Part shown: positions 10,099-20,202 of the stretch, piece after piece
How the letters are laid out: each line of letters opens with the position of its first letter
Position numbering within the stretch: position 1 is the stretch's first letter
Source of the DNA: Planctomycetota bacterium
GTDB taxonomy: Bacteria > Planctomycetota > JAJSAM01 > JAJVHW01
Reading direction: 5' to 3'
Length of the DNA: 64,000 nucleotides
NCBI GenBank assembly: GCA_965248445.1
Contig: CBDFJG010000003.1
Coordinates: forward strand, 224,001 to 288,000
Translations under genes and position numbers: made by a program
Notes under the pieces: generated by a model
Seen by the model: the letters and a program-made list of their open reading frames with translations, nothing else
The model's database searches: none
Told to the model about the DNA's origin: nothing

Positions 10099-13013
10099 CG
10101 CTCTTCCGGAGCTTCGACGCGATACCCCATCCTGGCCAGATCGAGCGGCGGGAACCAGAGTCCGTCGGCGCTCCGCCGCAGGCCGAACCACGCAGACGCG
10201 GCGCCGTCGTCGGAGAGCGAGATCTGTGCACCCGAAGCGTCCGCGGGGGCGTAGCGGATCGAACGTACCTCCATCTTCGGAATGCGCGCCATGTGCTCCT
10301 CGCTTCTGAGGAGTACGGGGATTCCGGACGGGAACTGCTCTCGCAGGAACGCGAGTTCGTCGTCGGTGTACGCCAGCACGCGCGCGCGATGGTCCTCCGG
10401 GTACACCGCCGCGAGCGCCTCGCGGCTGGTCTCGGCGGACAGGTTCCGCACGCGTTCCCAGATCTCGAGCACTCGTTTCACGTCGGCGTCGCGCTGGGCC
10501 ATCGTCATCGACTCCGGCATGGCCAAGACGTCGGGTTCTCCGACGGGCGGATTGCTGCGCCGCCGGGACACGTACTTCGCGCTGAACACCCAGTTGTCGT
10601 GTTCGGCACGGTGCATGTCGAAACTGACGACGTCACGTCCGGCTTCGGCCTTCACCCGTGCGATGGATGCGTCCTTGTAGAACGTGACCTCGGTCAACTC
10701 GTACTTCCACAGCGGTGCGCCGCGCAGTGGGAACTCGACCAACGGCAGTCCTAGCTTGCCGGACTTCGCGCGCTCGTCGAACTCGGACGACCGCAGCCCC
10801 TGGATGCGCGTGTAGTGCTCCCTGCCGTAGAGGAACTCACCGGCTTCGTGGAGCATCTCCTGCCGTGTCTGCGTGCGGGATCGCTCGAGCAGGCTCCTCC
10901 ACGTGGCGTTCAAGCGCGCGAACAGTTCAGCGCGGTCTGCAGCAGTCATCGAGTCAGGCGCGCCGCTGATCACCGGCCGGCCGCCTGCCTCATCACCCGC
11001 CACAGCCGGCACGCCGTTGACGGAAACGGGCGCGCTGCTGAAGAACCACTCGCCTGCGTCCCGGACCATGTCGAACGCGAGGGTGGCCCCCCGGCCGTCT
11101 GCCGCGGTGACGTTCGCGGCGGCGCCCTGCTCGTCGAACTCGACCTGCCGGATGTGCAGATCCCAGAGCGGTGTCTCGTCCCGCTGTCTGAAGAGCAGCG
11201 GCAGCCCGTACTCGCCGGCCGAGGCCCGCTGGTACGCGTCGTCGTCCTTCGTCGAGACCACCTCGCGGTTCACCCGCTCCCACTCCGTCGGTCCGTAGAG
11301 GGACCTGCCGTCCATGTGCACGAGTGCCGAAAGCTCGTCGCCCTTCGCCATGACCTGCACGACGCGCCACTGGTGCAGCACCTCGCGGAGCGCGTCTTCC
11401 TGCGATCCGGCGAAACGCCAGTCGGCCCCGCCGCTGAACGTCGGTACGTCCTGCAGGCGCTTGCCGCCGATGAACACACCGCGCTCGTCCACGGTGATGG
11501 GTCCGACGACCACGCTGTTCTCGTCGACCTTGATCGGCCCGAAGTCGACGCCGTGCTCGTCGATCTTGATGTTGGGGAGTTCGAGTCCGCTCGCGTCGAT
11601 GTGGACGCCGCCGACGTCGACCGGGATCTGCGGCGTCAGCCAGAACGGCGCCGCGATCAGCCCGCAGCAGCCGATGACGAAGGGGGCGCAAGTGGCGCCG
11701 ATCGCGTACGGATATCCGTAGAGGGCTCCCTTGCTCGCCGCGATGCGGATCCACGACACGATGCCGAGCACGCACGAGATTGCGGTCAGCAGCCCGGCCG
11801 CGAGTGTGAACGGTATCCCGAACGCGAACGAGCCGGCGGTGGCGGCGATCACGATCAGGAGGGCCAGCACACCGCCCGCGAGCACGGCGGCGGTCACAGC
11901 CATGCGGCAGAGCCGTGCGTCGGGGCGCCGTTTGCCGGAAGACCACTCGAGCTCCTTGTGCACCGTGTGTCCCGTGGCCGCGGCGGCTGCGGCGCCCGCT
12001 GCGGCGGCTGCCGCAGCGGGCTGGGCCTGCGCCTCGCGGTGCGGCGGCGGCGCTTCCGGCTGCTCCGTGCTCGAGATCTGCGTGACCCGTGTGCCGATCT
12101 CGGACGCGCGCTGATAGCGGCGGTCCCGTTCCCGCTCGAGTGCGCGCAGCACGACCTTGTCGAGCCGCACGTCGATCTCGACCGTCTCGGACGGAGGGCC
12201 GAACCGGCCCATCGGCACGTCGCCGGTGAGCATCTCGTAGAAGACGACGCCGAGGCTGTAGATGTCGGCGCGGTGGTCCACGTCGTTCGGCGTCTTGTAC
12301 TGCTCGGGCGCCATGTAGTGCAGGGTTCCCATCACCTGCCCGGCCCGCGTCAGCGTGTGGTCGTCCTTCGAGTCCACCATCAGCTTCGCGAGCCCGAAGT
12401 CCGCGATCTTGACAGTGCCGTCCGTGGCGACGAGCACGTTGGCGGGCTTGATGTCGCGGTGCACCACGCCCTGGTCGTGCGCGTACTGCAGCGCTTCGCA
12501 GATCTGCGGGACGATGGCCAGCGCTTCCGCCGGCGAGATCAGCCCGTCGTCCATGAGCGTCCGCAGGCTGGCGCCCGCGACGTACTCCATCACGAGGAAG
12601 TAGAAGCCGTCCCGCTCACCGAACTCATGGACGCGCACGATGTGGGGGTGGTCGAGCCGCGCCAGCGCGCGCGCCTCGCGAATGAAGCGGTCCGCGAACG
12701 TCTGGTCCGACCCGAGTTCCGGCCAGAGCACTTTCAGCGCGACCTGCCGGTCGAGCGTGCGCTGGCGCGCCTGGTAGACGATGCCCATCCCGCCGAAGCC
12801 GATCAGCTTCTGGATGTCGAGCGCGGGGAAGTGTCCGTTCATCTCCTCGATGGTGGGGGCCGTGCGAGCCGGACGGACCACCGGTCCATCAGCTACGTCC
12901 GGGTCGGCGGACTCGTCGAGTCCGACGGCCATCAGGCACCGCGGGCAGGCGCCGGCCGGAGCCTCCGGCGGCAGGCTCGCTCCGCAATCGGGACACTTGC
13001 GCGTTTCGCTCAT
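10095..13013 (-). CDS. Membrane Ser/Thr protein kinase with DUF4190-like TM segment and repeated extracytoplasmic domains
   Basis: N-terminal CPDC..CPRC, GFGGMGIVY, VALKVL, HRDIKPAN, DFGLAK, YMAPEQ, DIYSLG; stop overlaps the sigma start (ATGA). Confidence 0.93.
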   Translation of the reverse strand: MSETRKCPDCGASLPPEAPAGACPRCLMAVGLDESADPDVADGPVVRPARTAPTIEEMNGHFPALDIQKLIGFGGMGIVYQARQRTLDRQVALKVLWPELGSDQTFADRFIREARALARLDHPHIVRVHEFGERDGFYFLVMEYVAGASLRTLMDDGLISPAEALAIVPQICEALQYAHDQGVVHRDIKPANVLVATDGTVKIADFGLAKLMVDSKDDHTLTRAGQVMGTLHYMAPEQYKTPNDVDHRADIYSLGVVFYEMLTGDVPMGRFGPPSETVEIDVRLDKVVLRALERERDRRYQRASEIGTRVTQISSTEQPEAPPPHREAQAQPAAAAAAAGAAAAAATGHTVHKELEWSSGKRRPDARLCRMAVTAAVLAGGVLALLIVIAATAGSFAFGIPFTLAAGLLTAISCVLGIVSWIRIAASKGALYGYPYAIGATCAPFVIGCCGLIAAPFWLTPQIPVDVGGVHIDASGLELPNIKIDEHGVDFGPIKVDENSVVVGPITVDERGVFIGGKRLQDVPTFSGGADWRFAGSQEDALREVLHQWRVVQVMAKGDELSALVHMDGRSLYGPTEWERVNREVVSTKDDDAYQRASAGEYGLPLLFRQRDETPLWDLHIRQVEFDEQGAAANVTAADGRGATLAFDMVRDAGEWFFSSAPVSVNGVPAVAGDEAGGRPVISGAPDSMTAADRAELFARLNATWRSLLERSRTQTRQEMLHEAGEFLYGREHYTRIQGLRSSEFDERAKSGKLGLPLVEFPLRGAPLWKYELTEVTFYKDASIARVKAEAGRDVVSFDMHRAEHDNWVFSAKYVSRRRSNPPVGEPDVLAMPESMTMAQRDADVKRVLEIWERVRNLSAETSREALAAVYPEDHRARVLAYTDDELAFLREQFPSGIPVLLRSEEHMARIPKMEVRSIRYAPADASGAQISLSDDGAASAWFGLRRSADGLWFPPLDLARMGYRVEAPEER

Positions 13014-13130
13014 CTTCAGTCTCTCCAGCGTGTTACCACCCCTCCATGACGGAATGCACCGCGGAAGTTGCGCGGCCGGCAGTGAACACCGTGGATCGCT
13101 GCCTCCGCTGAGGCCCAGATAGGGGACGCC

Positions 13131-13634
13131 ATGAGCGAAGTCAACCGGGGTGCGGGTGCTGCGAGAGCGATGTTCGGCTATGCGGCCGTGCTGGTCGTGG
13201 CCGGTGTCGTGGCGTTCTTGCTGGCTCCGGAAGGAGCCAATGCGACGACGGCACTGGCGGTGCCCGCAGGGTGCGGCGTGGTGATGGTCGTCTGCGGCCT
13301 GCTCTCGCGCATGATCGGGAAGAGCAAGCCGCTCGGGATGATCGGTATCCACCTCGGCCTGCTGTTCGCGCTGATGTTCGCGGCCGTCATCGGCATGCGC
13401 GCGGTGAAGACGGGGGAGGCGGTCGATGCATACCGAGAGGCCGATGCCGTCTGGCAGCCGCGCGCCGCGGCCGGGGCGTCGGACGCGCTCCGCGAGATGC
13501 ACTTCGAGGGTGCCGGAGCGCCCGATCACGACAAGACGTACCTGCGCAACACGCTCTGGTTCCTCGCTGCGGCGAGCGTGCTGGCGTTCTTCGTCATCCT
13601 GAAGCAGCGTCCGAAGAAGGCCGACCGCGGATAA
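13131..13634 (+). CDS. Hypothetical membrane protein (4 TM)
   Basis: Hydrophobic helices; GGGG RBS. Confidence 0.75.
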   Translation: MSEVNRGAGAARAMFGYAAVLVVAGVVAFLLAPEGANATTALAVPAGCGVVMVVCGLLSRMIGKSKPLGMIGIHLGLLFALMFAAVIGMRAVKTGEAVDAYREADAVWQPRAAAGASDALREMHFEGAGAPDHDKTYLRNTLWFLAAASVLAFFVILKQRPKKADRG

Positions 13635-13694
13635 CGGTCGCCCTGGCTGGCGCGTCTAATCCTCTGAGTGAGGTCGTACGCACGGAGGAACACG

Positions 13695-14318
13695 ATGCAC
13701 ACAGCCATTCGCACGCTTGTCGGAGCCGCTCTTCTGCTCGCGCTGGCCGTCGGCGGGACGCCCCGCCAAGCGGACGCCAAGGACGAGATCCGCGCGCCCA
13801 GCCTCGCAAAGTCCGGCCGGTCAATTGCCGACGACAACTACCGCACTGTGATGTTCGCCGTGCTCGAGGGCCTCTACGAAGCAGGCGTCGAGAACGACGT
13901 GGTCGACCGCGTGCTCATGCCGGATCCGGAGACGAACGAGGCCATGCACTTCGTGCCGGGGTGCCCGATCTGCCAGCCCGCGCTCACGGCGTTCCGGATG
14001 TACCGCGAGCGTCCGTCACTCGGGCTCAAGGGCGGTGACACGTTCGGGCCCGGCGTCCACGAGGACATACGCGCTCGTCTCGAGAGCGAAGTGTTCGAGG
14101 ATCGCATGCGGGGAGTGTGGGACATCATCGAGGCGTCCATTCGGAAGCGCATCGAGCGCATGCGTCTCACGCCGGAGGAGCGCGCCGAGTGGGAGCAGAG
14201 CATGGCCGAGCGCCGCAAGAAGGGCATGGCGATGCTGAAGCGCAGCGCCGGCGCCATCGCGCAGTCCGATCGCTGCGCGGCCTGCGACGCCGCGAACGAC
14301 GCCTTCGACGCGCGCTGA
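13695..14318 (+). CDS. Hypothetical secreted protein with CPIC and CAAC motifs
   Basis: GGAGG RBS, signal peptide ending ADA, two CxxC motifs. Confidence 0.75.
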   Translation: MHTAIRTLVGAALLLALAVGGTPRQADAKDEIRAPSLAKSGRSIADDNYRTVMFAVLEGLYEAGVENDVVDRVLMPDPETNEAMHFVPGCPICQPALTAFRMYRERPSLGLKGGDTFGPGVHEDIRARLESEVFEDRMRGVWDIIEASIRKRIERMRLTPEERAEWEQSMAERRKKGMAMLKRSAGAIAQSDRCAACDAANDAFDAR

Positions 14319-14400
14319 CAGCAGCCGCCCAGTGCTCCTCTGCTAACTTGGCGCGGACAGCGAGCCGCGTGCTCGCGTTCTTCCACAGAGGGGATCACAC

Positions 14401-14901
14401 ATGCGTATCGCGCTGGGAATCATGACGTCCACGCTGGTCATCGCTGCTGCCGCGGCCACACTGTTCGCCAACGGTGGCCCGGTGGTTCAAGCCAACGGAA
14501 TCCCGAACATGGAGGGCTTCTACGAGGGCACGATCAAGCTCAAGATCAACGGGATGGACGACGGGAGGACGAAGGAGAAGGGGAAGCTCGACATCACGCT
14601 GAACATCACGCAGACGGATGACACGCTGCGCGCGGACGTCGTGATCGGCGAGCCGCCCGTGCAGGGACTCCACTCTGCCGAGGCGGACTTCTCCATGGAC
14701 GGGGGCGTCGGTAACGGGACGTTCTATCTCTGCACCGGCGTCGGCGACGATCCGGAACTGACGTTGATCGGGAAGGCGAAGGAGAAGGGCGAGGGGAAGA
14801 TCAAGCTGACCGCGAAGGGCTTCTACATCGGGTTCACGCCGTCCGAGGCGGGCACCGCGACGTTCAAGGCCAAGCGCACCGGCCCGGCGATCCTCAACTG
14901 A
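14401..14901 (+). CDS. Hypothetical secreted beta-rich protein
   Basis: GAGGGG RBS, signal peptide, typical codon usage. Confidence 0.75.
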   Translation: MRIALGIMTSTLVIAAAAATLFANGGPVVQANGIPNMEGFYEGTIKLKINGMDDGRTKEKGKLDITLNITQTDDTLRADVVIGEPPVQGLHSAEADFSMDGGVGNGTFYLCTGVGDDPELTLIGKAKEKGEGKIKLTAKGFYIGFTPSEAGTATFKAKRTGPAILN

Positions 14902-14912
14902 AGCAAGCACGT

Positions 14913-15656
14913 GTGCTCGATCTCGCCATCCTGAACAACGCGACGTGGTGCACGGCGGTACTCCGGGCGCACGGCATCCGGAGTGTGCTCGCTACCGACT
15001 ACTGGTCAACGGACGGCGTGCTCCCGCCCTTCTACGGGAACTTCGTCTCGCGGACCCGCGATGGGTCGCGTGCCCAATTCGCGCGGATCCGCGAACTGGC
15101 CGCGTTGGCGCCGCAGCCCGCATGGGGCATGAAGGACAGCTACGCGTGCCTTGATGGCGATGAACTGTGCCGGCTCGGTATGCAGCCCTTGTTCGATGCG
15201 GAGTGGTACGGCCGTGAGCCGCGCCGCCTCCCTCGCGACGACCGAGAGACCGGCTTGCGTGTCACGCAGATGGCAACGGCAGCCGACCTTGCGCGCTGGG
15301 AGACGGCATGGAAAGTGACGTCACCGTCACCGGGTGTACGCGTGTTCCCGCCCTCGATACTCTCCGACCCCGCCGTGACGTTCCTCGCTGCGTGGCGCGG
15401 GACCGATCTCGTCGGGGGCGCGATCACGAACCTCTCGTCGGGGGCGGTCGGGCTGTCCAACGTGTTCACGGCCGATCCGCAGGACTACGTGCCGGTGCTG
15501 CGCGATCTGGCGCGGCATGCGGTCCGTTCGCACCCGGAGCGTGCGGTGGTGGGGTACGGGCCGCGGAGCGAGGCCGTGGCGCTTGCCCCGCTGGGCTTCG
15601 ACGCACTCGGTCCGCTGCGAGTCTGGACCGCCGACGTCCCGTACCGGGACCGCTAG
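14913..15656 (+). CDS. Conserved hypothetical protein (GNAT-like fold)
   Basis: NNATWC..KDSYACLD..LFDAEW..AVGLSNVF..GFDALGPLRVW pattern. Confidence 0.7.
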   Translation: MLDLAILNNATWCTAVLRAHGIRSVLATDYWSTDGVLPPFYGNFVSRTRDGSRAQFARIRELAALAPQPAWGMKDSYACLDGDELCRLGMQPLFDAEWYGREPRRLPRDDRETGLRVTQMATAADLARWETAWKVTSPSPGVRVFPPSILSDPAVTFLAAWRGTDLVGGAITNLSSGAVGLSNVFTADPQDYVPVLRDLARHAVRSHPERAVVGYGPRSEAVALAPLGFDALGPLRVWTADVPYRDR

Positions 15657-15694
15657 ACGGTCGCGGCGCGGATCCGTGCGGCCCCGATTCGGCG

Positions 15695-15967
15695 TTACGA
15701 AGAAGGCGTCGCCGAGGGCGCGCCGGCCTTGTCGTAGTAGATGATGACCGTGACTTCGCGGTTCCCGAGCGTGTGACGCTGCTCGTGCCTCTCCTTGTTG
15801 GGATCGGCTTCCGCCGTCTTCCGCGAGAAGTGTGCGCCCTCCGATGAGTGCTTGCGCTTCTTCCTGCCGGGAACGAGCACAAACACCGTCGTTCCGGCGC
15901 GCTTGAACTCGCCGCCGGGCGGATTCGGATCGACCAGCATCTCTGGCGGGATCACGAGTGCGACCAT
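15695..15967 (-). CDS. Small hypothetical protein
   Basis: AGGAGG RBS upstream of ATG 15967. Confidence 0.5.
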   Translation of the reverse strand: MVALVIPPEMLVDPNPPGGEFKRAGTTVFVLVPGRKKRKHSSEGAHFSRKTAEADPNKERHEQRHTLGNREVTVIIYYDKAGAPSATPSS

Positions 15968-16169
15968 GGAGACCCTCCTGTTGCGCCGCCACTACGAGAG
16001 CCGGCAGCGAGGACGCGCGCTCTTCGATCCGGACCGGGACGGTCGGACGAACGAGCGCGTGGAGTTCTCCCCGACAGCTCGGGCGTCGTCTCCATGCAGC
16101 GTAACAGCACGGATGCCTCCGACGTGCGACTCGTTCTCACGCAGCCTGGGCACGCACGCGAGAGAAGGC

Positions 16170-17248
16170 CTACTCCCCGCGGAAACTCGCGACGGCCGCA
16201 GCCGTCTTGTCGTCCCATGGGGCATAGCCGCGCAGGAAACTGGCAGCAAGCTCGCGCACGGTGTCGGGGACGTCGGTGTCCTGCATCACGCCCGTGAGCC
16301 GGTCGCGCGCGCCCTTCTCGAACGCGCCGGCCAGCCGCGTGTCGCGGCGGAACGCGTTGAGGTAGTACTGCGCGGCGTTGTTGTCTCGACTCTCGTTGGC
16401 GCCCTGGAGCAGCACGCTGATTCGCGTGAAGTCCCCCGAGTCGCTGCTCCACTCTGCAAGCGCCCCGCCGGCCCACGCCCCGCCGCGTTCTCCGCAGCGT
16501 TGCCGCAGCCCCTCGAGCAGCGGCTTGGCTTGCTCCACTGTGAGCCCGTGTCCCAGCGCCGCGACCGACAGCTCGGCGAGCAGAACCTCGCGCACGACCG
16601 CGTCGCGTTCCTCACCGAGCCTCGCGATCCCGAACAGGACTTCTTCGAGCGACGTGGCGTCGTAGCCGTACAGAGCCTCGATCGCTGCGGCGCGGCGGTG
16701 GGGGAGAGCGTCGCTGGCCATCTCGCGTGCGCTCTCGTGGATCGCGACTCTCACGTCGCGCGACGAGGTCAGCGCCGTGAACGGATTGTGGACCAGTAGT
16801 GAGAGCACCTCGTGCGCCTCGTCCTCACTTGCCGCCGTGCGCAGTCGCTGCATGAGAGCGATGTGCGTCGAGGTGTCCCCCGCGAGGAGGGCGTACATCT
16901 GGCGATCGAGCGCCTGCGACGCCTGCATCGTCCACCCGTCGCCCTCGGACAAGCGGCGGGACCTGTCGAGCAAGTCGAGTAGCTGTGTTGCGCGCGTGGG
17001 CGCCGCCAAGCCCCGGCGGGCTCGGGCAGCGGTTCCGTGACGACAACGCCTGCGAGCGCGGCACGCAGGCGTTCGACCCTCTCCTTCAGGCGCCGCGTCG
17101 TGCGCTCGGCGTATGCCTCCACGCGATCGACTTCGGTGGTATCCGGCGCGGGCAGCGGCGCCTCGGGCGCGCGCAGCCCGAGCATGATGGCGACACCGGT
17201 CGCCGCCACGGCCCACATGATGATCAAGGGCGCGACCCATGGCTTCAT
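16170..17248 (-). pseudogene. Membrane-anchored helical-repeat protein split by a 1-nt frameshift near 17011-17014 (or sequencing error)
   Basis: The N-terminus (MKPWVAPLIIMW.., GGAGG RBS) is in one frame and the helical remainder in another; one extra G in the G4 run fuses them. Confidence 0.6.
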
Positions 17249-17343
17249 GACATCCCTCCCCGGAGTGTCGGTCCGGTGGACACGTTACCGCGACGCCGGT
17301 GTGAGGAGCGCGGCGGAACTGACCGTGACGGAGGGCGTCGGCG

Positions 17344-17923
17344 TCAGCTGGCGGCGAGGTTCGTGACGAACTTCTCGGCGTTGATCGTGACGTCGTCCTC
17401 GCCCACGTTGTCGAACGGGTTCTCGAGGTGCTCTGGATGTTCTCGAGCGACACGAGGATGACGCTGAACAGGATCGGCATCACGTACAGGAGGCCGGGAG
17501 AGAAGTCCGTCGAGATCTCGGCGAAGTACGGCCCGTAGAGGATCGGCAGCACATAGATGAAGAACTGGCTGTACGCGCGAAGAGCCCCTGGTGTCCGGTA
17601 CTGGTAGATGTGCTTCACGCTCTCGAACGAGATGATCATCTTGCTCAGGAACTGGTTGCAGCGGGACGCCTCCGCCCGTGCGCCTTGATCGATCCGTACT
17701 CATCGAGTGCGGCCTCGCGTCGCTTGTACGCACCGCCGATCGAGGACACGATCGGGAACACGATGGCCGTGCCGATCAGGGTGAGCGGGAACTCTGCGAG
17801 CAGACCGTTCTCGCGGCAGAGGTACGTGGACACGACCGAGAGCAGTGTCACGACGAACGTCTGCACGCTCACGAGTTGGCGCAAGCTGGAAATCGTGTTC
17901 ACGTTGCCTCCAGCATGCTGCAT
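17344..17923 (-). pseudogene. Bestrophin-like membrane channel gene, broken into three frames
   Basis: IVFPIVSSIGGAYKRRE / YRTPGALRAYSQFFIYVLPILYGPYFA / LENPFDNVGEDDV segments lie in different frames. Confidence 0.65.
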
Positions 17924-17978
17924 CCATCGGACGCAGCGCGGGAGGTCTGCAACGGACCGGCGCGCGAGTCTCTCCGTG

Positions 17979-18626
17979 CTAGCGCACTTCCTCGGTCTCG
18001 GTCTTGTCGGGCTTGTCGGTCTCCTCGATCTTGTCCGGCTTGTCGGCTTCCTTGCGCGTGTACGTCATTCGCACCGACGTCTGCTCCGTGCCGTCGGGTC
18101 CGATGCTGAGCATCTCCACGACGCCGGTGTTCTCGTCCGTCCAGCTGACGTTCAGCTTCCCCTTCTTCTTCTCGCCGGTCATCCAGTCCGGGTCGTTCGT
18201 TTCGAGCGAGATCACGCCGTCCTTGCTGGCACCGCGTGACACGGAGATGTACGTCGACCCGCTGTCGATCCAGATGGCGACGTACTCCTTGTCGACGCGG
18301 TCGAAGCCCATCAGCAGGCGGCCCGTGAAGGACGTGCCCATCATCTCTCCTTGGAACGAGCTCTCGAGGTACCGGTCGTCCCACAGCGACGCGTAAGTCG
18401 CGGTCCCGGCGGACTCCATCGGCGCCGCGCCGGGTGCCATCCAGATCTCCGTCTTCACATCCCAATCGCCGACCCACTTCATGAGTTCGGTATTCTCCGG
18501 GCCCTTCTGCGCCCACTCGGGCGTCGGGAAGCCGCCGCCGCCGTCCTCCTGGGCGCTGACCTGCCCGGCCACGAAGCACGCGCCGCACACCGCCGCCGCC
18601 ATTGCACTTGTCATCCACTTCCGCAT
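17979..18626 (-). CDS. DUF1579 family protein
   Basis: WVGDWDV..WMAPGAAP..FTGRLLMGFDRVDKEYVAIWIDS; AAGGAG RBS. Confidence 0.8.
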   Translation of the reverse strand: MRKWMTSAMAAAVCGACFVAGQVSAQEDGGGGFPTPEWAQKGPENTELMKWVGDWDVKTEIWMAPGAAPMESAGTATYASLWDDRYLESSFQGEMMGTSFTGRLLMGFDRVDKEYVAIWIDSGSTYISVSRGASKDGVISLETNDPDWMTGEKKKGKLNVSWTDENTGVVEMLSIGPDGTEQTSVRMTYTRKEADKPDKIEETDKPDKTETEEVR

Positions 18627-18782
18627 CTCGAGCTCCTTTCAGTCCGACCTGGGTGGGGAAGAACGTAGCACGCGCCTGGGCTCGGCGGCTCGGTTCGTCA
18701 CTCCAGATTGCCGCTCTCCTGCTACGCTCGGGCCACGAGCCACGCTGGCGGGACGCGACTCCAAGGTGACGCCGCTGCCTTC

Positions 18783-19820
18783 ATGACGAGCACCACCCAA
18801 CCGCTCGACCCCTCGACCTCCGCGCCGCTGCGTCATCCGGAGCGGGAGGGGCTGACCGAGGAGCAGCGGTGGCAAGGCAAGCGAGACCGAAAGCGAGCCA
18901 GGGCCAAGCGGGCGCGTCTTCGCAGTTTCTTCTTGAAGCCGGCGATCGCCGTCGCGGGCTTGTTGCCCTTGCGCGTCGCGGGCGCACTCGGCGAATTCGT
19001 TGGCCTGATGGCCTACCTCCTCGTCGGCAAGTACCGCAGGCGCGTGCTGGAACACCTCGAGTTGGCGTTCGGCGACGAGTACGACGAGCGCGCCCGGCGT
19101 GCACTCGGTCGTCGCAACTTCCGGTTCATGGGCCGCTCGATCATGTCGTTTTTCGCGTATCACCGGCTCGGCACCGAGCGCGCACTGGCGCATGTGCGCG
19201 CAGAGGGTGAGGAACACCTCCATGCGGCGCTCGCCGAGGGCCACGGCGTGCTCCTGGTGGGCGCCCACTACGGACTCGTGGAGTTGGCGGCGTGCTGGTG
19301 TGCCGCGCGGCATGGTGCTTCAGTTGTCGGGCGCCGCGAGAGCGGCACCAATCCCCTGCGCCTGCTCTACACCATGCGCGAGGAACTCGGTTGCCCGACC
19401 ATCCGGCGCGGAGATCCGCGGCAGATTCTGCGTTGCCTCCATGCGAACAAGCCGGTCGGGATCCTCGTCGATCACGCCATCGCCGATGTTCAGGGAGTGT
19501 TCCTGCCGTTTTTCGGCCGCCTTGCCATGACCGTGACCGGGCCCGCAGTCATCGCACATCGCACGGCGTCTCCGCTGGTCCCCATGTTCATCGAATGGGA
19601 CGGACCGACGACACACCGCGTGATCGTGCAGCCAGCGTTGCACCTGCGAACGGACCTGCCGCGGCACGAGGCGATCGTCGATCTCACCGCTCGTCTGAAC
19701 TCCGTCGTCGAGGCACAGATCCGGCGGCTCCCGGAGCAGTGGTTCTGGCTGCACAAGCGTTGGGACGAGAACCCCGAGGACTTCCCGGAGCACCCCGTCT
19801 ACGACCGGCCGCGGCACTGA
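18783..19820 (+). CDS. Lysophospholipid/lipid A lauroyl acyltransferase (LpxL/HtrB family)
   Basis: GVLLVGAHYGLVEL, VGILVDH, FLPFFGR, IRRLPEQWFWLHKRW. Confidence 0.88.
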   Translation: MTSTTQPLDPSTSAPLRHPEREGLTEEQRWQGKRDRKRARAKRARLRSFFLKPAIAVAGLLPLRVAGALGEFVGLMAYLLVGKYRRRVLEHLELAFGDEYDERARRALGRRNFRFMGRSIMSFFAYHRLGTERALAHVRAEGEEHLHAALAEGHGVLLVGAHYGLVELAACWCAARHGASVVGRRESGTNPLRLLYTMREELGCPTIRRGDPRQILRCLHANKPVGILVDHAIADVQGVFLPFFGRLAMTVTGPAVIAHRTASPLVPMFIEWDGPTTHRVIVQPALHLRTDLPRHEAIVDLTARLNSVVEAQIRRLPEQWFWLHKRWDENPEDFPEHPVYDRPRH

Positions 19821-19845
19821 GCCTGCGGCTGCGGTACCGTACGTC

Positions 19846-20202
19846 ATGGCGTCTGGGGGAGTGGTCTGGTCGAGTGATCGCGGTCGCATGTGTCCGCGCT
19901 GCGGCGGCGCGAAAAGCGAGTGCACGTGCGCGAGCGCCGCGCCCGGCGTCGCTCCGGCAGCCGGCGCGACCGTGCGCGTCGAGCGCCAGACGAAGGGACG
20001 CCGGGGGCGCGGTGTCACCGTCGTAACCGACCTGCCTCTCTCCAAGACGGACCTCGCGACGCTGGCGAAGTCGCTCAAGCGCCGCTGCGGTTCGGGTGGG
20101 ACGGTCAAGGACGGCGTCATCGAGATCCAGGGCGACCACCGCGACATGCTCGTTGCGGAGCTTGGGAAGCAGGGCTACACGGTCAAGCGGGTGGGCGGCT
20201 GA
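19846..20202 (+). CDS. yciH: SUI1-family translation initiation factor YciH
   Basis: KGRRGRGVTVV..LAKSLKRRCGSGGTVKDGVIEIQGDHRD..KRVGG. Confidence 0.93.
   Translation: MASGGVVWSSDRGRMCPRCGGAKSECTCASAAPGVAPAAGATVRVERQTKGRRGRGVTVVTDLPLSKTDLATLAKSLKRRCGSGGTVKDGVIEIQGDHRDMLVAELGKQGYTVKRVGG

Noticed and set aside
13429..13438. Extra copy of the cassette motif (CATACCGAGA)
   Set aside because: Only 10 bp, inside a coding region, with no flanking similarity; chance match.
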